DNA of 64,000 nt from Nemertoderma westbladi (lineage: Eukaryota; Animalia; Xenacoelomorpha), in contig JAUCBJ010001213.1 in the NCBI GenBank assembly GCA_032718475.1, forward strand, positions 10,439 to 74,438, written 5' to 3'. A program made the position numbers and the translations under genes. Below the pieces are notes generated by a model. That model worked only from the letters and a program-made list of their open reading frames with translations, searched no databases and was not told the origin of the DNA. Below are positions 23,894 to 35,208 of this stretch, piece by piece; the first letter of the stretch is position 1, and every line of letters starts with the position of its first letter.

Positions 23894-26330
23894 GTTGGAT
23901 TTGAGAGTGATGTTGCTTGGCCAGAAGTCATAATTAAGGGTCTTAGGTTTATCTTCGATGTCTATAGTGGCCCGGATTCGTATTGATTGGGGTTTATGAC
24001 CAGGTCAGCTGGTTGTTGTGCGCTTTACCATTTCTCCTCTGCGTTCTAGGTAGTTAGTGACATCAGCTTCATTCTCCCACTGGTGGAGGGAGACCCGTAA
24101 TGTATATGACTGCTGGATTTCGTACCTGCTTATTGCTGGTTCTACTAATCTCCCATTTCCAATTAACGTTGCGGTTGCAGTTGCTTTTGTTTTCTCCTTC
24201 ATACATTTTCTTATGACTTCGTCTTTTTCCAGTGATGTCGACCAAGCTATTGTTCTCCTTAGATTTATCTTGAATCAACTAAACCTTTTTGTTCCTTATT
24301 TGCCCTTGAATATAATTGTTTCTGTTATTATTTACTGACACTTGAGTTTGCATTATTTTGTCAGTATTTGGCTTCATTACAGACATTATTTTAGCCTCTA
24401 GGATTATGCGAGCACCCCGTTCTTCGTTCAGGTCTTCCTTAATCCGTTAATTTTCATCCTCCATTGTGTCTACATTATTCTCCAGGGAGCAGATCCTGGC
24501 TTGTAAGGCCGCAACGGAAGATATAAGGTCTGATCTTAATTGTTCTAATGATAGTGCTGATGGAGAGGTTTCTGTTTGTACTTTTTTCTTCAGACGTTTT
24601 CGAGCAGCATCTGTCAGGTTTCCAACCTGGGCACGTAACAATTCATGTATATCCAGCGAAACCTCGCTTGGTGAGCCACGCTGCCTGAGCTCAAGAGTGA
24701 CCTGTTGTGTTGGGGCCATGAGCTGCACCACCTCTGCGAATAACTTAGATCTAATATTTAATCGATGTTCTGCTGAGAAAGTATTTAGTCTTTTTAATGT
24801 TGCTTTCTTAGAGTCCAAGAGGAGGGAAGACATGATATTGTTGATTGAATCTGATGAATCCTGGCATGATGGTTGTGTATTCCCGGTTAAGGTAAGTGTG
24901 CCAGGATCCACACTCTTCTTAAACAGATTGTTAGGGTTATCCATGGATTTATGACTGGAATTACCTTGGATTGGCCAGATGGTGTTTGTCTGATGGCCAT
25001 AGGTATCGGAGTTGATGCCACTGCCATAAAGGATGATGGCGGCACCAGCTGATGTGATATGGGTGTGCAAACGAGGTCACTGTCGATTTTGACATCTTTA
25101 ATGACACCTTCCAACCATTTGCGTATACCTCCATTATTTTTTTGGAATACATATTTAGCACCTGTAGCTAAGTAAATGGCATATATGCAGATAAACGTCC
25201 CACAGTCGTATACATTGGGTTGACTTGGGATTTCGCGGTGGCGCATTTATACTTGCCATTCCGGACGTGCAACTCCTTTGACTCTGTGGATCGAGTTGAG
25301 CAGGTTGCATAATATGGACTGATTTTTGCTGCTATAATCTCTTTTGATTGGGCAAAAAGAGTATAGTTTCCTGGTGGTCACTTCTGCAATATGTAATGTA
25401 TAGTGGCTGTTGGTGCACTCAGGGAAGAATATTAATTCCTCAGTCTCTCGGTCACAGCTACTTGTGATGTATCTTACTGCGGCAGATACATCAAATTTGT
25501 CTTGGCTCAACTTGAGGCACAGTGAACTGTCAACAGAGCGTATGTGTGAGAAATGTCTCTCTAAGTAAGCCAAAGAAGCAGTCTATTATACCGGTAGTTA
25601 CTAACGAGGTTCCCTGCAAACTTTCCATATCAAGACCACCTTGCACTGGGTTGAATAGTGGAATGAAGAGTGATTGGTGTGTGTCTACGCGGCTTTGTGA
25701 TAGCCTTCACTACATCTAATTCATTGAAACCTGGTTCAATGTCGGCATGAAAGATGCCTTCTAGTAGGGAGTCACTATCTTCTTCCAAGATGCTTAGTCC
25801 TGGTCTGGTGGGTCTGCCTTCTTCGTGAGATACATTTTCATTCACTGAACTGGTGGGCTTGGGTTCATGATATAGAGTATCGCTCAGGGGTTGGAACTCT
25901 GGGCTGTTTGGATTTAACACATGTGCGCTAGCCTTTGTTGCTGTTGGCTGTGACTTCTGGAAGAAATCGGTAATTTTCTTCACCTTTCTGCTGCTGCTTT
26001 GATTACATATTGCTATGCATTCGACTCCCGGGGAAGCCACTGCATGGTTGTAAATGGTTGCATTTCCTGGTGGACCTGTAACTTCTTCTGGAATAGTGTT
26101 GGAAATATAAGGGCTTATTGGATCCGCGATTGATCCAGCATTGTCAAGAAGACATGTGACCTTGGGTTCACTTGCAATGCCTTGGCCTATAGGGTTAGTT
26201 GATGGGGCTGTAGCGTACTGTTGGTCTGTGGTGTGGTTGTTTTTTGGGCGTGGGTATGCATTTATGGTGATATATCTGGGCTTCCAGGTGAGGTCACCCT
26301 GGAGGTCATCCACTCTGTATATCAGTGTCT
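23894..26330 (-). pseudogene. Decayed non-LTR retrotransposon ORF1-like region: PAM2-like motif, Ulp1/C48-like peptidase, coiled coil, C-terminal RRM-like FWP domain
   Basis: Fragments on the - strand: LNPNSPEFQP; IFFPECTNSHYTLHI...*...QPNVYDCGTFICIYA with one in-frame stop at 25247-25249; LEQLRSDL..SVAALQARICSLEN; VIYITGL...DVTNYLE...EDKPKTLNYDFWPSNITLK. Several stops and frameshifts. No ORF2 is visible. Confidence 0.6.
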
Positions 26331-27635
26331 CCTGCCCAGTTACTGTACCTTGAATAGAATTGGAACAAGATAAGTATTATCTTTCTTACAGAATCGAACC
26401 TGGACATATTAACTTTCAAATGAATGAGCGAATGAGCTCCCACGCTATGCAAAGATATACCATGAATATAAATCATGAACATGAAAATACTGTTTGCAAT
26501 TTTGCAAACTTGGTAGATTGCCTGACTCCGTATGCAACCGTATGCTGACTCCTCAGTACTAGCCACCTATTGCATTGCAGTATCGGAGTAGGCCTATTGT
26601 TGTATTGTTGCTAAGTTCAATACGTTGAGTAAACCTACCGCTCGCGCTGTACCACTCTTACGTACGCTACGACCGCGGACAGGTACACATTTCAACATTT
26701 CTTAAGCTGCTATACAGCACTACTCCAATACTCCAATACAATACATAGGTGGATAGGACTGAATGGTTCTGTACTTCTTGCATACCGGCTAGGCAATCTG
26801 CGAGTTTATAATTGTGAATTTATTCATTAATCAATGTTAAATCACCATGAATTTAATTAATTGTGGTGTCAAAAGACGCACAAGACTCTCCGCTTTCAAT
26901 TGATATAAGCCACGTGTAAAATGATTGAGATTTAATGTGAATTTGAATGGATCCAAAATCACCCTCCATAGAAACCAATATAAGAAATTATCGGAGCACT
27001 GCGTAGTGACGTCAAATATGTAGCAGCCAATCACAGCCGACTTTCAAAATTGGCTTCCCTGTCTTACTATTTAACCCGCCATTTAGACCGTTTCCTCGGG
27101 TTTTTACAAAAAACGGCCACTCGATTCAGGGCACCTTGTTACCCCTTATTCGATTGTTTCTAGACCAACAATTTTTTCGCGCACCAAACCTATTACTTAA
27201 ATACTAATTTTATGAAATATTGTAACAGATCAGCGTCGGTTTCATTTTTGAACATAGAATAAATGTTTTTCATGGGTAGCAAATAAATACAAGCAACTTT
27301 CCCAACCAAATTCAAATGTTTTTACATATTTGGAATCCTTGCATGGCCAGCTTTCTAACAAACCAATAAATTATTATAAGGTTGGAGAATAACTGTGCGG
27401 TAACTGGTGAAATATTGCTGGAGACACTTTTTTTAAACGCTTGTAGCTAAAGATTGAAAGCAAAAATAAAAATTCTGGCTCACGCAGCAAGGAGGAGGGA
27501 GGTGAAGGCGTGTCACTGAATTACGAGACTATATTCTAGGTATTCTAGGACATGGTGTATACTGTAGTGTAGTGTAGTGTACAGGCAGCTCAGGGTTGCA
27601 TTACTTGACAAAACCTTTAAAATAATTCGATGATA

Positions 27636-27922
27636 GGACAATTGCGACCCGGACAGTTGCGACTCGGACAGTTGCGACACGGACAATTGCGACCCGGACA
27701 ATTGCGACCCATGATTTTAGAAATAATTGATGGGTCGCAATTATTGTCCGGGTCGCAATTGACCGGGTCGCAATTATTGTCCGGGTCGCAATTATCCGAG
27801 TCGCAATTGTCCGGGTCGCAATTGACCGGGTCGCAATTTTCCGGGTCGCAATTATTGTCCGGGTCGCAATTATCCGAGTCGCAATTGTCCGGGTCGCAAT
27901 TGACCGGGTCGCAATTGACCGG
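27636..27922. repeat. Fold-back of 15-bp subrepeats (GGACAATTGCGACCC x5, then inverted GGGTCGCAATTGTCC x~12); MITE/foldback-like
   Basis: Left arm 27636-27712, AT-rich spacer, inverted right arm 27730-27922. Confidence 0.8.
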
Positions 27923-28530
27923 ACTCCCTATTTTTCATAATTTACCCCTAAATTAAAAACTTATAATTACTACGATAAACGCAATGAAACATTATATCCT
28001 AAAAGTGTTGTGATATACCAGAACCAGATTATTAACCAGGAAGTTGGTTATGAAATAGCGCCTTTTAAAGCTTCTTTAACGAAAGTTTAAGTTTAAGTTA
28101 CTGTTGATCTGCAAAATATTAAATAACTGAAAAAAATCAGCATCGCATTGAATTAGGACCATTAAGGAATATTTGTATTGAATATGAATTTCCGATATTA
28201 ATGTATTATTGGACATAAATTATAAAGATGACACGAACAAAGTTGAAAATATCGCGTAAAAATATTTAATAAATTTAACAAATAATAGGTTAACATATCT
28301 TAGTCATTATTAATAGAATGTTTAAGTGCAGCAAAACAATAGACCGAATGATTGACATAATAGTTTAATTAAAAATAATAAATAAATATAAGTTGCATAG
28401 CCAATAGTCTCCAAGTACGGAATAAAGAGTCATCCAATGGAATAGACGATGCTAATCGAATAGCTGTGATTGGAGGATGACTACTCACTGTTCGTCTGGT
28501 GTGTCCATACTAAACGCTCGTTATGGTTGC

Positions 28531-28664
28531 TTACGTTAATTCGACGTAATTAGCCGGGAACATTCCGAATTTACCATGACAAAGACCCTTCCACCAACCC
28601 GAATCAATGACCTCAATGTCTGTTATGACGTCACCAGGGTCGAACGATATTTCGTCATCATCTT
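28531..28664 (-). CDS. CTTN: Cortactin, last coding exon (SH3 domain C-terminal part and stop)
   Basis: Acceptor TTTTTTCTACTTGTAG. Phase 1 gives [44 protein letters not shown] (TAA at 28533-28531), a cortactin-type SH3. Not present in the ORF track. Confidence 0.93.
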
Positions 28665-28690
28665 CTACAAGTAGAAAAAATAAAATAACG

Positions 28691-31600
28691 AACTAGCTAG
28701 GCCTATTATTTACTTAATTCAACTAGGGCCTAGCTAGGCCTATTATTTACTTAATTCAACTAGCTAGGCCTATTATTTACTTAATTCAACTAGCTAGGCC
28801 TATTATTTACTTAATTCAACTAGCTAGGCCTATTATTTACTTAATTCAACTAGCTAGGCCTATTATTTACTTAATTCAACTAGCTAGGCCTATTATTTAC
28901 TTAATTCAACTAGCTAGGCCTATTATTTACTTAATTCAACTAGCTAGGCCTATTATTTACTTAATTCACTAGGCCTAGCTAGGCCTATTATTTACTTAAT
29001 TCAACTAGCTAGGCCTATTATTTACTTAATTCAACTAGCTAGGCCTATTATTTACTTAATTCAACTAGCTAGGCCTATTATTTACTTAATTCAACTAGCT
29101 AGGCCTATTATTTACTTAATTCAACTAGCTAGGCCTATTATTTACTTAATTCAACTAGCTAGGCCTATTATTTACTTAATTCAACTAGCTAGGCCTATTA
29201 TTTACTTAATTCAACTAGCTAGGCCTATTATTTACTTAATTCAATCTAGCTAGGCCTATTATTTACTTAATTCAACTAGGGCCTAGCTAGGCCTATTATT
29301 TACTTAATTCACTAGCTAGCTAGGCCTATTATTTACTTAATTCAACTAGCTAGGCCTATTATTTACTTAATTCAACTAGCTAGGCCTATTATTTACTTAA
29401 TTCAACTAGCTAGGCCTATTATTTACTTAATTCAACTAGCTAGGCCTATTATTTACTTAATTCAACTAGCTAGGCCTATTATTTACTTAATTCAACTAGC
29501 TAGGCCTATTATTTACTTAATTCAACTAGCTAGGCCTATTATTTACTTAATTCAACTAGCTAGGCCTATTATTTACTTAATTCAACTAGCTAGGCCTATT
29601 ATTTACTTAATTCAACTAGCTAGGCCTATTATTTACTTAATTCAACTAGCTAGGCCTATTATTTACTTAATTCAACTAGCTAGGCCTATTATTTACTTAA
29701 TTCAACTAGCTAGGCCTATTATTTACTTAATTCAACTAGCTAGGCCTATTATTTACTTAATTCAACTAGCTAGGCCTATTATTTACTTAATTCAACTAGC
29801 TAGGCCTATTATTTACTTAATTCAACTAGCTAGGCCTATTATTTACTTAATTCAACTAGCTAGGCCTATTATTTACTTAATTCAACTAGCTAGGCCTATT
29901 ATTTACTTAATTCAACTAGCTAGGCCTATTATTTACTTAATTCAACTAGCTAGGCCTATTATTTACTTAATTCAACTAGCTAGGCCTATTATTTACTTAA
30001 TTCAACTAGCTAGGCCTATTATTTACTTAATTCAACTAGCTAGGCCTATTATTTACTTAATTCAACTAGCTAGGCCTATTATTTACTTAATTCAACTAGC
30101 TAGGCCTATTATTTACTTAATTCAACTAGCTAGGCCTATTATTTACTTAATTCAACTAGCTAGGCCTATTATTTACTTAATTCAACTAGCTAGGCCTATT
30201 ATTTACTTAATTCAACTAGCTAGGCCTATTATTTACTTAATTCAACTAGCTAGGCCTATTATTTACTTAATTCAACTAGCTAGGCCTATTATTTACTTAA
30301 TTCAACTAGCTAGGCCTATTATTTACTTAATTCAACTAGCTAGGCCTATTATTTACTTAATTCAACTAGCTAGGCCTATTATTTACTTAATTCAACTAGC
30401 TAGGCCTATTATTTACTTAATTCAACTAGCTAGGCCTATTATTTACTTAATTCAACTAGCTAGGCCTATTATTTACTTAATTCAACTAGCTAGGCCTATT
30501 ATTTACTTAATTCAACTAGCTAGGCCTATTATTTACTTAATTCAACTAGCTAGGCCTATTATTTACTTAATTCAACTAGCTAGGCCTATTATTTACTTAA
30601 TTCAACTAGCTAGGCCTATTATTTACTTAATTCAACTAGCTAGGCCTATTATTTACTTAATTCAACTAGCTAGGCCTATTATTTACTTAATTCAACTAGC
30701 TAGGCCTATTATTTACTTAATTCAACTAGCTAGGCCTATTATTTACTTAATTCAACTAGCTAGGCCTATTATTTACTTAATTCAACTAGCTAGGCCTATT
30801 ATTTACTTAATTCAACTAGCTAGGCCTATTATTTACTTAATTCAACTAGCTAGGCCTATTATTTACTTAATTCAACTAGCTAGGCCTATTATTTACTTAA
30901 TTCAACTAGCTAGGCCTATTATTTACTTAATTCAACTAGCTAGGCCTATTATTTACTTAATTCAACTAGCTAGAGGCCTATTATTTACTTAATTCAACTA
31001 GCTAGGCCTATTATTTACTTAATTCAACTAGCTAGGCCTATTATTTACTTAATTCAACTAGCTAGGCCTATTATTTACTTAATTCAACTAGCTAGGCCTA
31101 TTATTTACTTAATTCAACTAGCTAGGCCTATTATTTACTTAATTCAACTAGCTAGGCCTATTATTTACTTAATTCAACTAGCTAGGCCTATTATTTACTT
31201 AATTCAACTAGCTAGGCCTATTATTTACTTAATTCAACTAGCTAGGCCTATTATTTACTTAATTCAACTAGCTAGGCCTATTATTTACTTAATTCAACTA
31301 GCTAGGCCTATTATTTACTTAATTCAACTAGCTAGGCCTATTATTTACTTAATTCAACTAGCTAGGCCTATTATTTACTTAATTCAACTAGCTAGGCCTA
31401 TTATTTACTTAATTCAACTAGCTAGGCCTATTATTTACTTAATTCAACTAGCTAGGCCTATTATTTACTTAATTCAACTAGCTAGGCCTATTATTTACTT
31501 AATTCAACTAGCTAGGCCTATTATTTACTTAATTCAACTAGCTAGGCCTATTATTTACTTAATTCAACTAGCTAGGCCTATTATTTACTTAATTCAACTA

Positions 31601-34600
31601 GCTAGGCCTATTATTTACTTAATTCAACTAGCTAGGCCTATTATTTACTTAATTCAACTAGCTAGGCCTATTATTTACTTAATTCAACTAGCTAGGCCTA
31701 TTATTTACTTAATTCAACTAGCTAGGCCTATTATTTACTTAATTCAACTAGCTAGGCCTATTATTTACTTAATTCAACTAGCTAGGCCTATTATTTACTT
31801 AATTCAACTAGCTAGGCCTATTATTTACTTAATTCAACTAGCTAGGCCTATTATTTACTTAATTCAACTAGCTAGGCCTATTATTTACTTAATTCAACTA
31901 GCTAGGCCTATTATTTACTTAATTCAACTAGCTAGGCCTATTATTTACTTAATTCAACTAGCTAGGCCTATTATTTACTTAATTCAACTAGCTAGGCCTA
32001 TTATTTACTTAATTCAACTAGCTAGGCCTATTATTTACTTAATTCAACTAGCTAGGCCTATTATTTACTTAATTCAACTAGCTAGGCCTATTATTTACTT
32101 AATTCAACTAGCTAGGCCTATTATTTACTTAATTCAACTAGCTAGGCCTATTATTTACTTAATTCAACTAGCTAGGCCTATTATTTACTTAATTCAACTA
32201 GCTAGGCCTATTATTTACTTAATTCAACTAGCTAGGCCTATTATTTACTTAATTCAACTAGCTAGGCCTATTATTTACTTAATTCAACTAGCTAGGCCTA
32301 TTATTTACTTAATTCAACTAGCTAGGCCTATTATTTACTTAATTCAACTAGCTAGGCCTATTATTTACTTAATTCAACTAGCTAGGCCTATTATTTACTT
32401 AATTCAACTAGCTAGGCCTATTATTTACTTAATTCAACTAGCTAGGCCTATTATTTACTTAATTCAACTAGCTAGGCCTATTATTTACTTAATTCAACTA
32501 GCTAGGCCTATTATTTACTTAATTCAACTAGCTAGGCCTATTATTTACTTAATTCAACTAGCTAGGCCTATTATTTACTTAATTCAACTAGCTAGGCCTA
32601 TTATTTACTTAATTCAACTAGCTAGGCCTATTATTTACTTAATTCAACTAGCTAGGCCTATTATTTACTTAATTCAACTAGCTAGGCCTATTATTTACTT
32701 AATTCAACTAGCTAGGCCTATTATTTACTTAATTCAACTAGCTAGGCCTATTATTTACTTAATTCAACTAGCTAGGCCTATTATTTACTTAATTCAACTA
32801 GCTAGGCCTATTATTTACTTAATTCAACTAGCTAGGCCTATTATTTACTTAATTCAACTAGCTAGGCCTATTATTTACTTAATTCAACTAGCTAGGCCTA
32901 TTATTTACTTAATTCAACTAGCTAGGCCTATTATTTACTTAATTCAACTAGCTAGGCCTATTATTTACTTAATTCAACTAGCTAGGCCTATTATTTACTT
33001 AATTCAACTAGCTAGGCCTATTATTTACTTAATTCAACTAGCTAGGCCTATTATTTACTTAATTCAACTAGCTAGGCCTATTATTTACTTAATTCAACTA
33101 GCTAGGCCTATTATTTACTTAATTCAACTAGCTAGGCCTATTATTTACTTAATTCAACTAGCTAGGCCTATTATTTACTTAATTCAACTAGCTAGGCCTA
33201 TTATTTACTTAATTCAACTAGCTAGGCCTATTATTTACTTAATTCAACTAGCTAGGCCTATTATTTACTTAATTCAACTAGCTAGGCCTATTATTTACTT
33301 AATTCAACTAGCTAGGCCTATTATTTACTTAATTCAACTAGCTAGGCCTATTATTTACTTAATTCAACTAGCTAGGCCTATTATTTACTTAATTCAACTA
33401 GCTAGGCCTATTATTTACTTAATTCAACTAGCTAGGCCTATTATTTACTTAATTCAACTAGCTAGGCCTATTATTTACTTAATTCAACTAGCTAGGCCTA
33501 TTATTTACTTAATTCAACTAGCTAGGCCTATTATTTACTTAATTCAACTAGCTAGGCCTATTATTTACTTAATTCAACTAGCTAGGCCTATTATTTACTT
33601 AATTCAACTAGCTAGGCCTATTATTTACTTAATTCAACTAGCTAGGCCTATTATTTACTTAATTCAACTAGCTAGGCCTATTATTTACTTAATTCAACTA
33701 GCTAGGCCTATTATTTACTTAATTCAACTAGCTAGGCCTATTATTTACTTAATTCAACTAGCTAGGCCTATTATTTACTTAATTCAACTAGCTAGGCCTA
33801 TTATTTACTTAATTCAACTAGCTAGGCCTATTATTTACTTAATTCAACTAGCTAGGCCTATTATTTACTTAATTCAACTAGCTAGGCCTATTATTTACTT
33901 AATTCAACTAGCTAGGCCTATTATTTACTTAATTCAACTAGCTAGGCCTATTATTTACTTAATTCAACTAGCTAGGCCTATTATTTACTTAATTCAACTA
34001 GCTAGGCCTATTATTTACTTAATTCAACTAGCTAGGCCTATTATTTACTTAATTAAACTAGCTAGGCCTATTATTTACTTAATTCAACTAGCTAGGCCTA
34101 TTATTTACTTAATTCAACTAGCTAGGCCTATTATTTACTTAATTCAACTAGCTAGGCCTATTATTTACTTAATTCAACTAGCTAGGCCTATTATTTACTT
34201 AATTCAACTAGCTAGGCCTATTATTTACTTAATTCAACTAGCTAGGCCTATTATTTACTTAATTCAACTAGCTAGGCCTATTATTTACTTAATTCAACTA
34301 GCTAGGCCTATTATTTACTTAATTCAACTAGCTAGGCCTATTATTTACTTAATTCAACTAGCTAGGCCTATTATTTACTTAATTCAACTAGCTAGGCCTA
34401 TTATTTACTTAATTCAACTAGCTAGGCCTATTATTTACTTAATTCAACTAGCTAGGCCTATTATTTACTTAATTCAACTAGCTAGGCCTATTATTTACTT
34501 AATTCAACTAGCTAGGCCTATTATTTACTTAATTCAACTAGCTAGGCCTATTATTTACTTAATTCAACTAGCTAGGCCTATTATTTACTTAATTCAACTA

Positions 34601-34926
34601 GCTAGGCCTATTATTTACTTAATTCAACTAGCTAGGCCTATTATTTACTTAATTCAACTAGCTAGGCCTATTATTTACTTAATTCAACTAGCTAGGCCTA
34701 TTATTTACTTAATTCAACTAGCTAGGCCTATTATTTACTTAATTCAACTAGCTAGGCCTATTATTTACTTAATTCAACTAGCTAGGCCTATTATTTACTT
34801 AATTCAACTAGCTAGGCCTATTATTTACTTAATTCAACTAGCTAGGCCTATTATTTACTTAATTCAACTAGCTAGGCCTATTATTTACTTAATTCAACTA
34901 GCTAGGCCTATTATTTACTTAATTCA
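28691..34926. repeat. 30-bp near-perfect minisatellite (AACTAGCTAGGCCTATTATTTACTTAATTC), about 207 copies, filling the last cortactin intron
   Basis: Direct reading; only a handful of variant units (near 28725, 28970, 29245, 29280, 30972, 34055). Confidence 0.97.
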
Positions 34927-35043
34927 CTTTCGCCCCATTCAAAGAAGTGGCTTTCAGACAGACAGACAGACAGACAATGGAATGAAACGAAACGCAGCCA
35001 GTCGGAAGCTCTTCGATTTCTGTGTAAACAGTAAACCACTAAC

Positions 35044-35203
35044 CAGCTTGGTAATCGTATATTGCTACAGCGTCTGTTCCTTTTAGTTCGCTGGTTGTAG
35101 CGTAAGTTCCATCGTCTTCCTCTTCCACAGGTCCAGCCTCATCCTCTCTACTGAAAGCCTCGTAATCACATTCCTCAACCTCATTGTCCGGCAAACTGGA
35201 ATA
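35044..35203 (-). CDS. CTTN: Cortactin exon: acidic Tyr-containing linker and start of SH3
   Basis: Acceptor CTACTTTATTCTTCTAG. Reads YSSLPDNEVEECDYEAFSREDEAGPVEEEDDGTYATTSELKGTDAVAIYDYQA, then donor G|GTTAGT (phase 1, matching the next exon). Confidence 0.92.
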
Positions 35204-35208
35204 CTAGA

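Noticed and set aside
17883-23931. ORFs up to 2000 aa on the - strand
   Set aside because: All three frames are open and give interchangeable peptides, which is the signature of a stop-free satellite rather than a gene.
27000-27090. Cluster of TGACGTCA, CCAAT and GCCAT motifs (promoter-like)
   Set aside because: No associated gene start could be identified, and such motifs are common inside DNA-transposon relics.
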